Shown here: piece after piece, positions 44,835-54,784 of the stretch
How positions within the stretch are numbered: position 1 is the first letter of the stretch
How the letters are laid out: each line of letters begins with the position of its first letter
Notes under the pieces: model-generated
What the model was told of the DNA's origin: nothing
The model's database searches: none
What the model saw: the letters and a program-made list of their open reading frames with translations, nothing else
Translations under genes and position numbers: made by a program
Source of the DNA: an uncultured Verrucomicrobiota bacterium
GTDB taxonomy: Bacteria > Verrucomicrobiota > Kiritimatiellia > PWTM01
Length of the DNA stretch: 54,885 nucleotides
Direction of reading: 5' to 3'
NCBI GenBank assembly: GCA_964386675.1
Contig: CAYLTB010000002.1
Location: forward strand, 1 to 54,885

Positions 44835-45329
44835 TCAGGCCGGCTTTCGCGCCGACAGCTCGTGGTCCACCATGAACAAGCCGTGCGGGTGCTCGCCGAC
44901 CAGCCGCAGTTTCTCAACGATGGCCGTCGCGTTCGCCTCTTCCTCGACCTGCTCGGTGATGAACCACTGGAGCACGATCTGCGTCGCGTGGTCCTTCTCG
45001 GCGATCGCCTGGTCCATCAGCTTGTGGATGGACTGCGTGATGAATTGCTCGTGCTTGAGCGTCGCCTCGAAGGCGGCGGTGGGCGAGGCGAAGGTCGCGG
45101 TCGGCGCCTCGATCGCCTGCAGACGGATGGCCGCGCCCTGCTCCTCCAGATACTTGTAGAACTTCAGCGCGTGGCCCAGCTCCTCCTTCGCCTGCGCGGC
45201 AAACCAGCCCGCGAAGCCTTTCAGGTTCTTCGCCGAGCTCCAGGCCGACATCGAGAGATAGAGGTAGGCCGAGTAGATTTCTTTGTTGATCTGGCCGTTG
45301 ATCGCGTCCGCCATTTTCTTGCTGATCAT
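44835..45329 (-). CDS. ftnA: Non-heme ferritin
   Basis: [30 protein letters not shown]...[13 protein letters not shown]...E..H.. ferroxidase-centre pattern. RBS GGGAGAA. The 244-aa track ORF is a 5' over-extension. Confidence 0.9.
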   Translation of the reverse strand: MISKKMADAINGQINKEIYSAYLYLSMSAWSSAKNLKGFAGWFAAQAKEELGHALKFYKYLEEQGAAIRLQAIEAPTATFASPTAAFEATLKHEQFITQSIHKLMDQAIAEKDHATQIVLQWFITEQVEEEANATAIVEKLRLVGEHPHGLFMVDHELSARKPA

Positions 45330-45459
45330 GCGGGTTCTCCCTTCGTGAGTTGCGTTGACCGATTCGAATGATACTCTAACCCCGAAAGGCGGTTTTTCAA
45401 TGTAGAATATCGCCGGCCCTCGCGGGGCGGCCGGCCCGCGAGGCCGGATTGAGCGACCC

Positions 45460-46932
45460 ATGAAATACGCTATCGTGTCCGACCTGCACGCGAACGGTCC
45501 GGCGTGGAAGGCCGTGCATCTCGATTTCGCGGCGCTCGGCGCCGAGCGCGTCATCTGCCTCGGCGACACGGTCGGCTACGGTCCTCATCCGGCCGAGGTG
45601 CTCGAAGCCGTCCACGCGGTCGTCCACCATTTCGTGCTCGGAAACCACGAGGCGGCCGTCGCCGGGCTGATGGACGAGGACTTGTTCAGCGATCGCGCCC
45701 GCATCGCGATTCGCTGGACGCGCGAGCGGCTCGACCGGAACGCCCTCCGCCTGCTCGCGGGGTGGCCGCTGATGTTGAAGGGGCCGGGCTTCCGCTGCGC
45801 CCATGGCGACTTTGCCGCGCCGGCGCTTTTCAACTACATCATCGAGCCGGAAGACGCCGCGCCCTCCTGGCGCGCCGCGCCCGAGCCGCTGCTGTTCGTC
45901 GGCCACTCGCATAGCCCCGGCCTCTTCCTGCTGGGCGCCAGCGGCACGCCGCGCCGCGTCCCCCCGCAGGATGTCCAGATCGAGGGCGGCCGGCGCTACC
46001 TCGTCAATGTCGGTTCCGTCGGACAGCCGCGCGACGGCGATGCACGCGCGTCCTACTGTCTCTACGACTCGACGGCACGCGCGCTGTACTTCCGCCGCGT
46101 GCCCTATGATCTCGATGCCTACGGCGACGCCTTGCGCGCGGCCGGCCTGCCGGCGGACGGCGACCCCGTGCTGCGCCACGATCCGCGCGCGGGCGTGCCG
46201 CCGCTGCGCCCCCAGTTGGGATTCCGTCCGCCGACCGATGCCACGCGCGGCGCGCGCGCCGCCGTTGCCGTCGCCGAGATCGAGGGACTGCGGCGGCAGG
46301 TGCGCGCGTGGAAGGGCCTGGCGCTGGCGCTGGCGCTGTTGGGGTTCGCCGCTGCCGCCCTCGCCGGCGCATGGACGTGGCGAAGGCAACGGGAACGCGG
46401 CGACACCCTGGAGGGCCGGCCGGCCGCTCCCGTAGTCGCCGCGGACCGGGCCGTGGACGAGAACCTCGCCCCGCTGCCCGCGCGCGCGTCGCTGCCCGGC
46501 GCGATCATCGAAGGCTGGGCAATCCACCGCGGCAACCGACGCCGGCAATCGGTCGCGGTCGAGCTCAGTCTGGAGGGCGCGCCGGTTCTGCGGCTACGTT
46601 CCGAGGCGGAGGATCGCGACCTTTTCGCGCGGGGGCCCGTGGTGCGCGTGGCATCGGGACAGCGGATCACGGTCGAGGCGCACTTCCGCCGGAGCGCGGA
46701 TTTCAGCGGCAACGTCGGCTGGGCCGTGTCGTTGACCCGCGCCACGGGCGCAGGCGAGGAAACCCTGCCGAATTTTGTCGCCAAGTTCCCGAACCAGCGG
46801 CGGCGCGAGAACTGGTGGGCCGCCGAGGGGACGTTTGACATTCCGGCGGGCGGGCGCGAGATCGAAGTCCGGATTGGCGGCCGGTTCACCGGCGAGGTCG
46901 AGGTCTCGCGCGTGACCGTCCGGCGGCGATGA
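45460..46932 (+). CDS. Calcineurin-like metallophosphoesterase with TM helix and C-terminal extracytoplasmic domain
   Basis: SDLHAN, GDTVGYG, GNHE and GHSH motifs. TM helix GLALALALLGFAAAALAGAW at about residue 290. Confidence 0.75.
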   Translation: MKYAIVSDLHANGPAWKAVHLDFAALGAERVICLGDTVGYGPHPAEVLEAVHAVVHHFVLGNHEAAVAGLMDEDLFSDRARIAIRWTRERLDRNALRLLAGWPLMLKGPGFRCAHGDFAAPALFNYIIEPEDAAPSWRAAPEPLLFVGHSHSPGLFLLGASGTPRRVPPQDVQIEGGRRYLVNVGSVGQPRDGDARASYCLYDSTARALYFRRVPYDLDAYGDALRAAGLPADGDPVLRHDPRAGVPPLRPQLGFRPPTDATRGARAAVAVAEIEGLRRQVRAWKGLALALALLGFAAAALAGAWTWRRQRERGDTLEGRPAAPVVAADRAVDENLAPLPARASLPGAIIEGWAIHRGNRRRQSVAVELSLEGAPVLRLRSEAEDRDLFARGPVVRVASGQRITVEAHFRRSADFSGNVGWAVSLTRATGAGEETLPNFVAKFPNQRRRENWWAAEGTFDIPAGGREIEVRIGGRFTGEVEVSRVTVRRR

Positions 46933-46978
46933 ACCCGGCGCAGCGTCGCGGCCGGGGTCGGCGTCGCCACGCCGCGCG

Positions 46979-47890
46979 CTATTCCTCCGAGAAAGCGATG
47001 ACCTCGTCCACTCGTTCCGCACCGATCAGAACCATGACCAGGCGGTCCACGCCCAACGCGGCGCCGCCGGATGGCGGCAGCCCGGCGGCGAGCGCGGCCA
47101 GAAAGGCTTCGTCCAGCGAATAAACCGGCTTGCCGCGCGCGGCCCGATCGCGGGCGCTCTGCTCGAAGCGGGCGCGCTGTTCGGCTGCATCCGCCAGTTC
47201 GGAGTAGGCGTTGGCGATCTCAACGCCGCCGAGATAAAGCTCCCAGCGCTCCGCGACCCGCGGATCGTCCGGTTTCAAGCGCGCCAGCGCTGCCGCCGCC
47301 GCCGGGTAATCCCGCAGCACGACCCCGCGGTCGCGCGGCAGCGCCGGTTCGACCCGCTCGACCAGATCGAGGTCGAAGCGGTCGGCATCCCATGCGGCGA
47401 CCGGGTCCCATCCGGCGTGCCGCCGAAAGGCCTCCGAAACCGTGAGTTCCAGCCAAGGCGCGTCGGCCCGGAACTCGCGGGCCGGCGGGGGCCTTGCAAG
47501 CGCCGCATCCGCGGCCTCCACGAGCGCGCGCGCGTCGCGGAGGATCTCGTCATAATCGGAATGCGCGCGGTACCACTCGAGCATCGTGTATTCCGGGCGG
47601 TGACGCGGGCCGCGTTCGCCGCGCCGGAAGCAAGGGCCGATCTGGTAGATTCGCTCGTAGCCCGCGGCCAACAGCCGCTTCAAGTGCAGCTCCGGCGAGG
47701 TGCGCAGAAACGACTCGCCGGACGGCTCGGCGTCAATATGGGTTTCGAGGGCGGGCGCGCGCAGGCGAACGGGCGTTTCCACTTCCAGGAAACCGCGCGC
47801 ATCGAAAAACGCGCGGATCGCGGACCGGACCGCCGCTCGCGCCGCGAGCGCGGGCCGCTTCCGGCGCAGGGACTCCAGGTCCGGGTTCAC
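46979..47890 (-). CDS. epmA: EF-P beta-lysine ligase EpmA (GenX/PoxA; truncated class II LysRS paralog)
   Basis: FLEVETP, LRTSPELHLKRLLAAGYERIYQIGPCFRRGERGPRHRPEYTMLEWY, GVEIANAYSEL, GGAALGVDRLVM. Lies adjacent to efp. Confidence 0.8.
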   Translation of the reverse strand: MNPDLESLRRKRPALAARAAVRSAIRAFFDARGFLEVETPVRLRAPALETHIDAEPSGESFLRTSPELHLKRLLAAGYERIYQIGPCFRRGERGPRHRPEYTMLEWYRAHSDYDEILRDARALVEAADAALARPPPAREFRADAPWLELTVSEAFRRHAGWDPVAAWDADRFDLDLVERVEPALPRDRGVVLRDYPAAAAALARLKPDDPRVAERWELYLGGVEIANAYSELADAAEQRARFEQSARDRAARGKPVYSLDEAFLAALAAGLPPSGGAALGVDRLVMVLIGAERVDEVIAFSEE

Positions 47891-47914
47891 GGCCGAGGGC
47901 GCGGGACGCGGGAC

Positions 47915-48484
47915 TCAGCCCTTGCTGACCCGGTCGGCGTACTCGCCGGTGCGCGTGTCAATGCGGACCCAATCGCCCTGGTTGATGAACAGCGGGACGC
48001 GCAGTTCGTAGCCGCTGTCTATTTTCGCGGGTTTGGTGACATTCGTCGCCGTGTCGCCGCGCACGCCGGGCTCCGTCTCGACGATCTGCTTCTCGACGAA
48101 CGGTTTTACGAATTCGACGCCGATCACGCGCCCGTTGTGGAATAGCAGGCTGACCTCGACGTCGTCCACGAGGAAGAAGCGCGCGTCGCCGAGCGTCTCC
48201 TCGTTCAGCGGAAATTCCTCGAAGGTCTTGGGGTCGCTGAACACATGGTTGTGGCCGTCGTGGTAGGAGTAGCGAACGGTGCGCTGTTCAAGGTCGGGCT
48301 TGCCGATCTGGTCTACCTCGCGAAACGTGCGGTCCTGGGTGGTCTGGGTGATAAGGTTCTTGATGCGGCACTTATACATCGCCTGGCCTTTGCCGGGTTT
48401 GACGAAGTTGTACTCGACGACCTCGTACGGCACGCCGTCGAGCTCGATCTTCAACCCTTTTCGCAAATCCGATGCCGTGTACAT
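47915..48484 (-). CDS. efp: Translation elongation factor P
   Basis: MYTASDLRKGLKIELDGVPYEVVEYNFVKPGKGQA... with Lys in the PGKGQA loop. Start at MYTAS; the track ORF adds 8 upstream codons. Confidence 0.95.
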   Translation of the reverse strand: MYTASDLRKGLKIELDGVPYEVVEYNFVKPGKGQAMYKCRIKNLITQTTQDRTFREVDQIGKPDLEQRTVRYSYHDGHNHVFSDPKTFEEFPLNEETLGDARFFLVDDVEVSLLFHNGRVIGVEFVKPFVEKQIVETEPGVRGDTATNVTKPAKIDSGYELRVPLFINQGDWVRIDTRTGEYADRVSKG

Positions 48485-48701
48485 GGTGCTGCTCTCCCAA
48501 CCCTGCATCTGCCGCCCGCGTCCGTAAAAGCGCGCAGCGGGCCGCGACTGTGCCCGATCCGCCGGACGTGTGCAAGAACTTTCAGGGGGAATCGTGACTC
48601 CGCTGGATCGGACAACAACACCGGCCTTCCGGCGGCCTGCGCCGCCGTCGCTCCGGTCCTTGGAACGGGCATATGGCCGCCCGTCGCCGTGCGCGGCACG
48701 C

Positions 48702-49601
48702 TCAAGCGGCGCGGCACCGATGCCGGCGCCGAGTGGCTCGGATCAGGGCCATGGCCAGCACCACCAGCGGCGCGCCAAACGTCGGCTCCGGGATGATCGT
48801 GATTCCGGCGCCGGATGCATTGAAGTCGTCGAAATAGAGTTGGCCGGCGCCGACCGAATACGTCGTCGTCGGCGGGTTTCCCGTCAAAGTTTGCGCGACG
48901 CCGCCCACGTTGATGAAGAAATAATCGCCGGCGACCATGTTCCATGCAGTGGTGTCCAATTCGTTCCCGAACTGGACAAAACCCGAACCGGTGTCGTAGA
49001 GGAATTTGAGCCGACGCGTCGTTTCGTTGTATTCGATGCGGAAACCCAGCATTACCGGGCCGGAAGAGCTCAACGACGCGATGACGTCGTTCTCAACGTC
49101 ATTGATTCGCCCGCTCTGACGCAGGGCATGGCCGAATCCTGAACCGCCGAAGATGGATCTGTCCACGTAGGCTAGATTCGCTTCAAAGGCGTGCTCGTCA
49201 TAAATGCCAGTGCCGAGATTTCCCGGTTCCACAATGAAATTGGCGGAAACGAAATCGTTGCTGCTCATTCCCGGAAACGGGAATGGATCCGTGCCACCGT
49301 CGAGCCGAATCTTGACCTCTGCGGACCAGCTCGCGGAGGTCAGCCCCAGCGCCCTGGATACTACACCGGCCCCCGCGCGACCGTAGACAGGGGAAACATC
49401 TCCTCGAAACTCCAATTGGCCCGCGGTTTGGACCAACTGGCCCTGGCCGGATTGATAGCTCGGCAAAAACCACTTGTTACCGTCTATCGCGGCCCCGGAA
49501 AAATCGTCGGTGAGTACATCGGCTCGAGCGATGCCGATCCACCCTGCCGCCATGCCGACGGCGACGACTCCTTGCCACAGACAATTCAAACGCTTCTTCA
49601 T
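48702..49601 (-). CDS. PEP-CTERM-anchored secreted protein (LamG/lectin-like body)
   Basis: Signal peptide MKKRLNCLWQGVVAVGMAAGW. C-terminus IIPEPTFGAPLVVLAMALIRATRRRHR (PEP motif, TM helix, Arg cluster). Confidence 0.75.
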   Translation of the reverse strand: MKKRLNCLWQGVVAVGMAAGWIGIARADVLTDDFSGAAIDGNKWFLPSYQSGQGQLVQTAGQLEFRGDVSPVYGRAGAGVVSRALGLTSASWSAEVKIRLDGGTDPFPFPGMSSNDFVSANFIVEPGNLGTGIYDEHAFEANLAYVDRSIFGGSGFGHALRQSGRINDVENDVIASLSSSGPVMLGFRIEYNETTRRLKFLYDTGSGFVQFGNELDTTAWNMVAGDYFFINVGGVAQTLTGNPPTTTYSVGAGQLYFDDFNASGAGITIIPEPTFGAPLVVLAMALIRATRRRHRCRAA

Positions 49602-49741
49602 TGGTCCAACCCTCCGGCATGTCTCAGCAGGCGTCGATCTTGGCCCAAAGATTTGCCGTGTCCGTGCTGTTTCACCGGCTGCGGTGCAGATCTTTTGGCC
49701 GACGCTCATGCGAGACCCTGGGCCAATAGATTCCGGCGCAA

Positions 49742-49770
49742 AGTATCATAATTGCTGAACAAACCGTCAA
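49742..49770 (-). promoter_or_regulatory. Candidate sigma70-type promoter for the PEP-CTERM gene
   Basis: On the minus strand, TTGACG-17 nt-GATACT inside a locally AT-rich patch. About 135 nt upstream of the start codon. Confidence 0.3.
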
Positions 49771-49936
49771 GTCTAACTATTACACTTCGCTTGCCTTTGT
49801 TCCGGCCGCAACAAGCGGCGCAGCTCCGACAAAAGACCGACGGTGCGACGCTGGGCGCGCGCCTCCGCCACCGTTGTGCCGTCCGCTTTTTTGAATCGGA
49901 ACGAGGGTGGGCCCGGTGGGTTGGCCGGCGTTTGCG

Positions 49937-50419
49937 TCAGTCCAGCCGCCGTGACATGCGGACATGAAGGATGCCGGCTTCGTAGAACCGCGGGCCGCGG
50001 GCGATGAAACCGTGGCGCGCATAGAACCCAGCCGCCGAGAGCTGCGCGTGGAGGTACACGCGCCGAAGTCCGCGCCGCCGTGCGGCGGCGACGAGTGCGC
50101 GCAGCAGCGCCGTGCCGACCCCCCGTCCCCGCCAGCGACGACGCACCGCCATCCGGCCGATCTTGCCATCGGCGCGCAGCCGCCCCGTGCCGATCGCGCG
50201 GCCTTCCGCCGACCGCGCGAGCGCCTGCACGCAGGCCGCGTCTTCGCCGTCCCAGTCCAGCGCGCGGGGTACATGCTGCTCGCGGCCGAAGACGGCGTCG
50301 CGCACCGACCGGATCGCCGCTTCCGCGCGATGGAAGGTGATGATCCGAACCCGGATTGCGCCGCGCGCCGCGCGCGCCCGCCCCGGGCTTCGGACGGCCG
50401 TTGGCGGTTTGGGGGGCAT
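49937..50419 (-). CDS. GNAT family N-acetyltransferase
   Basis: Acetyl-CoA motif A: RMAVRRRWRGRGVGTALLRALV. C-terminal FYARHGF. Confidence 0.8.
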   Translation of the reverse strand: MPPKPPTAVRSPGRARAARGAIRVRIITFHRAEAAIRSVRDAVFGREQHVPRALDWDGEDAACVQALARSAEGRAIGTGRLRADGKIGRMAVRRRWRGRGVGTALLRALVAAARRRGLRRVYLHAQLSAAGFYARHGFIARGPRFYEAGILHVRMSRRLD

Positions 50420-50435
50420 GAGACGGACCGGCCGT

Positions 50436-52454
50436 TCAGGGGCGGGGGCGGAGCGACGGCTGGCGCTGGAAACGCCAGGGATGGAAGATCATGTGCGAGC
50501 TGGTCGTTGACGCCTTTTCCAGCGCGCGCCGGTGTTCGGCCAGATCCGGGTAGGGGACGTGGTCGCTGAACGTCTGGTAATGGTAGAGAATCGAATAGGT
50601 CCGGCCGACCGGCATCGTGTTGAACGAAAAACGCCAGTAGGCGGTTTTCACGCGGTTCTGTTCCGTGGGCAGCGGGAGCTCGAACGGCAATTCGACCTTG
50701 ATCAGATGTCGAATCCGGACCGGGTAGGCCAGCGCTATGGGGCGCGCGATCGCCGATGCGCCGGGCCGCGCATGCAAATGGGGCGCGAAAATGGGCTCGA
50801 AGAACAGTCCCGGCATCCCTGTATCCGCATCCTCTTTCCAGGGATCGGCCAGCAGCCATTGCTCCTCGACCTCGATCTGGTTCTCGTCCTCATTGTCGCG
50901 CACGGCCAGCGGATGCCCGGCCTCGACCCGGTGGTAACGCCGGGCATAGAAATTGCGGTATTGATCCTGAATCTCCCGCGCCGGCGTCGCCGCCACTTGC
51001 GCGCGAATCCGGTCGGCCTCGACACCCGTGAACGTCGTGCGCACCTCGAGCCGCACCGGGTCGCCCTCGCGCTCCGGCAGGATGAACCGCTCGATGACAT
51101 CCATTGCGGAGCTTTCCGCCCCGCTGCCCGGAACCACGCTCAACGTCGTCGCCCCTTTCCGGACCGGCAGCGCAAAACCGTAGGCGGGCATGAAACGCCG
51201 GTCCAGCGGGCCGCGCTGGAACGGCGCGGTCGGATCCACCCACAGGGTTCGTCCGTCCTTCACGCGCGCCTCGACGATGACGTGGTCAAAAACGATCGGC
51301 GACGGCAGGCTGTTCGCGATCGTGTGGCGCAGATCCGTGTTCACGAGCGCCGGCCAGGCCTCGATGCCGGCGGCGCGCAGCAGGGCCACGAGCAGGATGG
51401 CCTTGTCCTTGCAGTCGCCGAAGCGCCGCCGCGCAACGTCCGCCAATGGATACGGCGCATGCGAGTGGATGCCCGACGCGACGGCGACATACCGCACCGA
51501 TTCCGACACGAATTGCAGCGCCGCCCGCAACCGCTCGTCGGGGTCGCCGGTCTGCCGCAACTTTTCGAGCACCGGCTGGAGTTCTTCGGGCAGCGGCTCA
51601 TCCCGCAGATAGAACGTCGACGCCCAGTCCGCGACGGCGGCCCAGTCCGTGAATTCGCTGATCTCGAACCGCGGATACGGGAAGAACCACGAGGGCGCGT
51701 ACGCCATCGGCCGCACGGCGCACGCGTCGCGCAGGTCCGCCCGGACGCTCGCGCCGTCGCGCTCCACCAGGCGATCCGCGCCATTGAATGTTTTCAGCGC
51801 GAAGGCCTCCACCCGGTCCTCCGGCAACCGGATCAGCGTCCGCCACCGGCGCACCGGAAGGGTTGCTGACAGGTTGAAGCTGTCCGCGTAGCGCCCGCCC
51901 AAAATCGGATTCCGGCCGCGAATCGAATAGGCCCATTCGACGACATCGCCGGGCCGCAGGTCCTCGATCAGGGCCTCCAGCGTGATCGTGCCGTCGTAGA
52001 AGTTCCGCTCCAGGTTCGGCTCGCGTTCCCGGACCGTGATCGCCTGCCGCTCCGTCAGCTCGATGCGCGTGCCGTCGCGTTGGATCCACAGCCGGTGCAG
52101 CGTGACACGCTGATAGGACGGATCGAAGACGATCAGCAGCTTGGACCAGCGCTCCAACCCGGCCGGATTCAGCAGCCGCACCGCCTCGTGGACGAATTGT
52201 GTTTCGGATGAAACATCCGTCTGTAGGTCGAGCAGCAGCATAAACCAGCCGCCCGCGTCCGCCAGTTCCTGTGGGGTCGCCGGCGCGAAGTCCGGGGTCA
52301 GCCACTCGACCCATGCAGGCGCGGCGCCGCGCGCGACTTCCGGTGGCCGTTGGGCGGCGGCGCGGCCGGCGTTCAGTGCCCAGGAGGCGGCGAGCGCAGC
52401 GGCAACCAGGCGCGGAGAAGGGGACTTGCGCAGGATGGCCCCGGAGGAAATCAT
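50436..52454 (-). CDS. DUF3857 / transglutaminase-like / DUF3858-type secreted protein
   Basis: Signal peptide. Transglutaminase core RRRFGDCKDKAILLVALLRAAGIEAWPALVN (Cys nucleophile context) with large flanking domains. Confidence 0.75.
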   Translation of the reverse strand: MISSGAILRKSPSPRLVAAALAASWALNAGRAAAQRPPEVARGAAPAWVEWLTPDFAPATPQELADAGGWFMLLLDLQTDVSSETQFVHEAVRLLNPAGLERWSKLLIVFDPSYQRVTLHRLWIQRDGTRIELTERQAITVREREPNLERNFYDGTITLEALIEDLRPGDVVEWAYSIRGRNPILGGRYADSFNLSATLPVRRWRTLIRLPEDRVEAFALKTFNGADRLVERDGASVRADLRDACAVRPMAYAPSWFFPYPRFEISEFTDWAAVADWASTFYLRDEPLPEELQPVLEKLRQTGDPDERLRAALQFVSESVRYVAVASGIHSHAPYPLADVARRRFGDCKDKAILLVALLRAAGIEAWPALVNTDLRHTIANSLPSPIVFDHVIVEARVKDGRTLWVDPTAPFQRGPLDRRFMPAYGFALPVRKGATTLSVVPGSGAESSAMDVIERFILPEREGDPVRLEVRTTFTGVEADRIRAQVAATPAREIQDQYRNFYARRYHRVEAGHPLAVRDNEDENQIEVEEQWLLADPWKEDADTGMPGLFFEPIFAPHLHARPGASAIARPIALAYPVRIRHLIKVELPFELPLPTEQNRVKTAYWRFSFNTMPVGRTYSILYHYQTFSDHVPYPDLAEHRRALEKASTTSSHMIFHPWRFQRQPSLRPRP

Positions 52455-52477
52455 GCTCCGCTTTGAGGTCCGCAGCG

Positions 52478-52834
52478 CTAACGGGTGTACACTATCAGCC
52501 GCAGCTTCGTCTGCCGTGCGTTGTCAAGATTCACGCCGATTTGGCCGGCGTGCCGGGGCGCATCCCACTTCTTTTCCAGGGGTTGGCCGGAACTGAAATA
52601 GGCGCCGACGCCCCATTCCTCGCCGCGCACCAGCTTGACTTTGTTGATGATGGGCCGGCCCTCGACGACCTCGACTCGGAAGCCGGTGATTTCGCGGTCC
52701 ACGTTCCAGACGATCGCCTCGCGTTCCTGCGTTGGCGCGATCGTTTCGAGAACGATTTCCTTCGCCGATACCGAGACGACAATGCCGGCGGAGCACAACG
52801 CGACAATACCCGCCATGATTTGATGCTTTGTCAT
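52478..52834 (-). CDS. Small secreted hypothetical protein (118 aa)
   Basis: MTKHQIMAGIVALCSAGIVVSVSA signal peptide and balanced composition. The rest of the 302-aa track ORF upstream looks non-coding. Confidence 0.5.
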   Translation of the reverse strand: MTKHQIMAGIVALCSAGIVVSVSAKEIVLETIAPTQEREAIVWNVDREITGFRVEVVEGRPIINKVKLVRGEEWGVGAYFSSGQPLEKKWDAPRHAGQIGVNLDNARQTKLRLIVYTR

Positions 52835-53104
52835 GAATCGCTCCCCGGGCGGCCCGGACGACCCGGCGCAGGCCCGCTTTATCCAGTATTCTAGACCGGG
52901 CGATCCGGGTTGTCGAACACGGAGATCGGCCGCATCGCGCACGGGCACCGGCCGCGGCCGTGTTCCGCGCCGTGCGCTTCGGATTCGGCTTCCACGGCGG
53001 GCGGGGACTCTTCCTATTGTTCCCGTCGGCCCTGCTCGTGGTATAAGCGGCCCAACTTTCGAAAGCGCCCCCTGGACGGGAGCGCCGAGAGGGCCAGGCC
53101 GACG

Positions 53105-53632
53105 ATGAGCGCTCCGAAACCGAAACAACTCGAAATGATCTGGCCCGAGGACCGGCCGGCGCCATCTCCCCCGCTGCCGCCGGATTTCGAATTGCGCCTG
53201 CTGGGGGAGGGCGAGGAGGAGGCGCACGCCGAGCTGATGCGCAGCGCGGGATTCGATTGGACGGCAAGCCGGCTGACGGAATGGCGGCAGCACCAATTGC
53301 CGGACGGGCATTTTGTGATCGAGCATCGCCCCGACGGGCGTCTGGCCGCCACGGCGATGGCCAACCATCGGCCGTCGGAACGGCATCCGTTCGGCGCGGA
53401 ACTCGGCTGGGTGGCCACGGCGCCGGAATTCCGCGGCCGCCGGCTCGGCGAGGCGGTCTGCGCGGCCGCCATCGCCCGCTGCCGCGCCGCCGGCTACCGG
53501 CGAATCTATCTCAAGACCGACGACTACCGCATCAGCGCGCTGCGGCTCTACCTGCGGATGGGCTTTCTGCCGCTCGAAACGGATGCGGACCAGGCCGCCC
53601 GCTGGCGCGCGATCCGTGACGCCGCGCGATAG
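53105..53632 (+). CDS. GNAT family N-acetyltransferase
   Basis: LGWVATAPEFRGRRLGEAVCAAAIARC (motif A) and LYLRMGF. Start at MSAPKPK. Confidence 0.7.
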   Translation: MSAPKPKQLEMIWPEDRPAPSPPLPPDFELRLLGEGEEEAHAELMRSAGFDWTASRLTEWRQHQLPDGHFVIEHRPDGRLAATAMANHRPSERHPFGAELGWVATAPEFRGRRLGEAVCAAAIARCRAAGYRRIYLKTDDYRISALRLYLRMGFLPLETDADQAARWRAIRDAAR

Positions 53633-53668
53633 GGTTCGCGGGTAACAGCGCCGGTGCGGATGCGGTGT

Positions 53669-54553
53669 TTACCGAGGGCCCCGGTCGCGGGCGCCCTGCG
53701 CCTCCACCCAGGCGGCCGCTTCCGGCATCTTCAGCGTGTGCCCGCCGGCGAAGATGTTCAGCGTTGCCCTTTGAGCGCCCGCGGCCTGTAGCCGTTCGAA
53801 CGCGTCCCGGCCGTGGTGTACGTCCACCAGGTCGTCCTGCTCACCGTGGTTGATCTGAATCCGCACGTCCTTCGCCTTCTCGATGAAGTGGATCGGCGAG
53901 CGTTCGGCGTATTCGCGATCCACCGCTGCACTGGCGCCCGGCGGCCCTCCGCACACCCGTTCGAGGTTCCGGATAATCCCCGCGGAAAATCCCTCCTTTT
54001 TCACGCGGCTGTTTTCCGGCCGATGCTCCCGGTGCCAGGCGACGAGATCGGAAATCGGGCACCACACCGAAACGGCCGCCCAGATCTCGGGATGCCTGGC
54101 GGCCATGACCAGCGCCATGTGCCCGCCGCCGGAGGCGCCGATGAGATAAATGCGCGAACGGTCGAGGTTGTAATTCGCGCCGACGTGCTCGATCGCGTCC
54201 ACGATATCCTGCACCGCAAACGGCGAGGCGCATGCCTTCGGGTGGTTGTTGCCGTTGCGGTAATCGGGCATCAGTGCAATCCAGCCCCGCCGCGCCGCTT
54301 CCGGGATCGCGAGCGCGCCCTTCTCGCGGTAATTGCCGCCCCAGCTATGGAGCGTCACCAGCAACGGGGTGGGCTTCGCGGGGTCGTAGTTGGATGGGAC
54401 GTAGAGGATGCACTTCTGCAGCTCGCCATCGAGCGTGGACTTCACCTCGATTTCCCGGCCCTCCGGAGGCGGGGACTGTTGCGCCACGGCCGCGGCAGCC
54501 CCGCACAGCAGGATCGCGGCGGCCCTGCGGAACTCTTTCGGTGAACTACTCAT
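53669..54553 (-). CDS. Secreted alpha/beta-hydrolase (esterase / S9-like serine hydrolase)
   Basis: Signal peptide ...AAILLCGAAAAVAQQ. Nucleophile elbow IGASGGGHMA. Conserved downstream His region (GGHTL). RBS GGAAAGAAGG. Confidence 0.75.
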   Translation of the reverse strand: MSSSPKEFRRAAAILLCGAAAAVAQQSPPPEGREIEVKSTLDGELQKCILYVPSNYDPAKPTPLLVTLHSWGGNYREKGALAIPEAARRGWIALMPDYRNGNNHPKACASPFAVQDIVDAIEHVGANYNLDRSRIYLIGASGGGHMALVMAARHPEIWAAVSVWCPISDLVAWHREHRPENSRVKKEGFSAGIIRNLERVCGGPPGASAAVDREYAERSPIHFIEKAKDVRIQINHGEQDDLVDVHHGRDAFERLQAAGAQRATLNIFAGGHTLKMPEAAAWVEAQGARDRGPR

Positions 54554-54580
54554 GCTGGCCTTCTTTCCGTGGTTGGGATG

Positions 54581-54627
54581 TTCCAAGCCCTGGAATTGCG
54601 GTCGCCGTCGGTTTCCAAGGGTTGGAA
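54581..54627. repeat. Double-dyad repeat, copy C (TTCCAAGCCCTGGAA-N17-TTCCAAGGGTTGGAA)
   Basis: 32 bp start-to-start. 28-74 nt upstream of the minus-strand esterase start and about 160 nt upstream of the plus-strand partial gene. Confidence 0.8.
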
Positions 54628-54784
54628 CCCGCCCCATGTTACTCCCGGAGGCCGCCCGCGAAAAGATCGGATAGCGCTCCGCCGTCCGCGGGTCGGCAGC
54701 GGGTGGCCGCGCGCCGCCGGCCCTGGCGCGCGGGTTTGACCTGGCCGCGGCCGGCCCGTAAGGTGGAGGGCGGACCCTTCAAGC

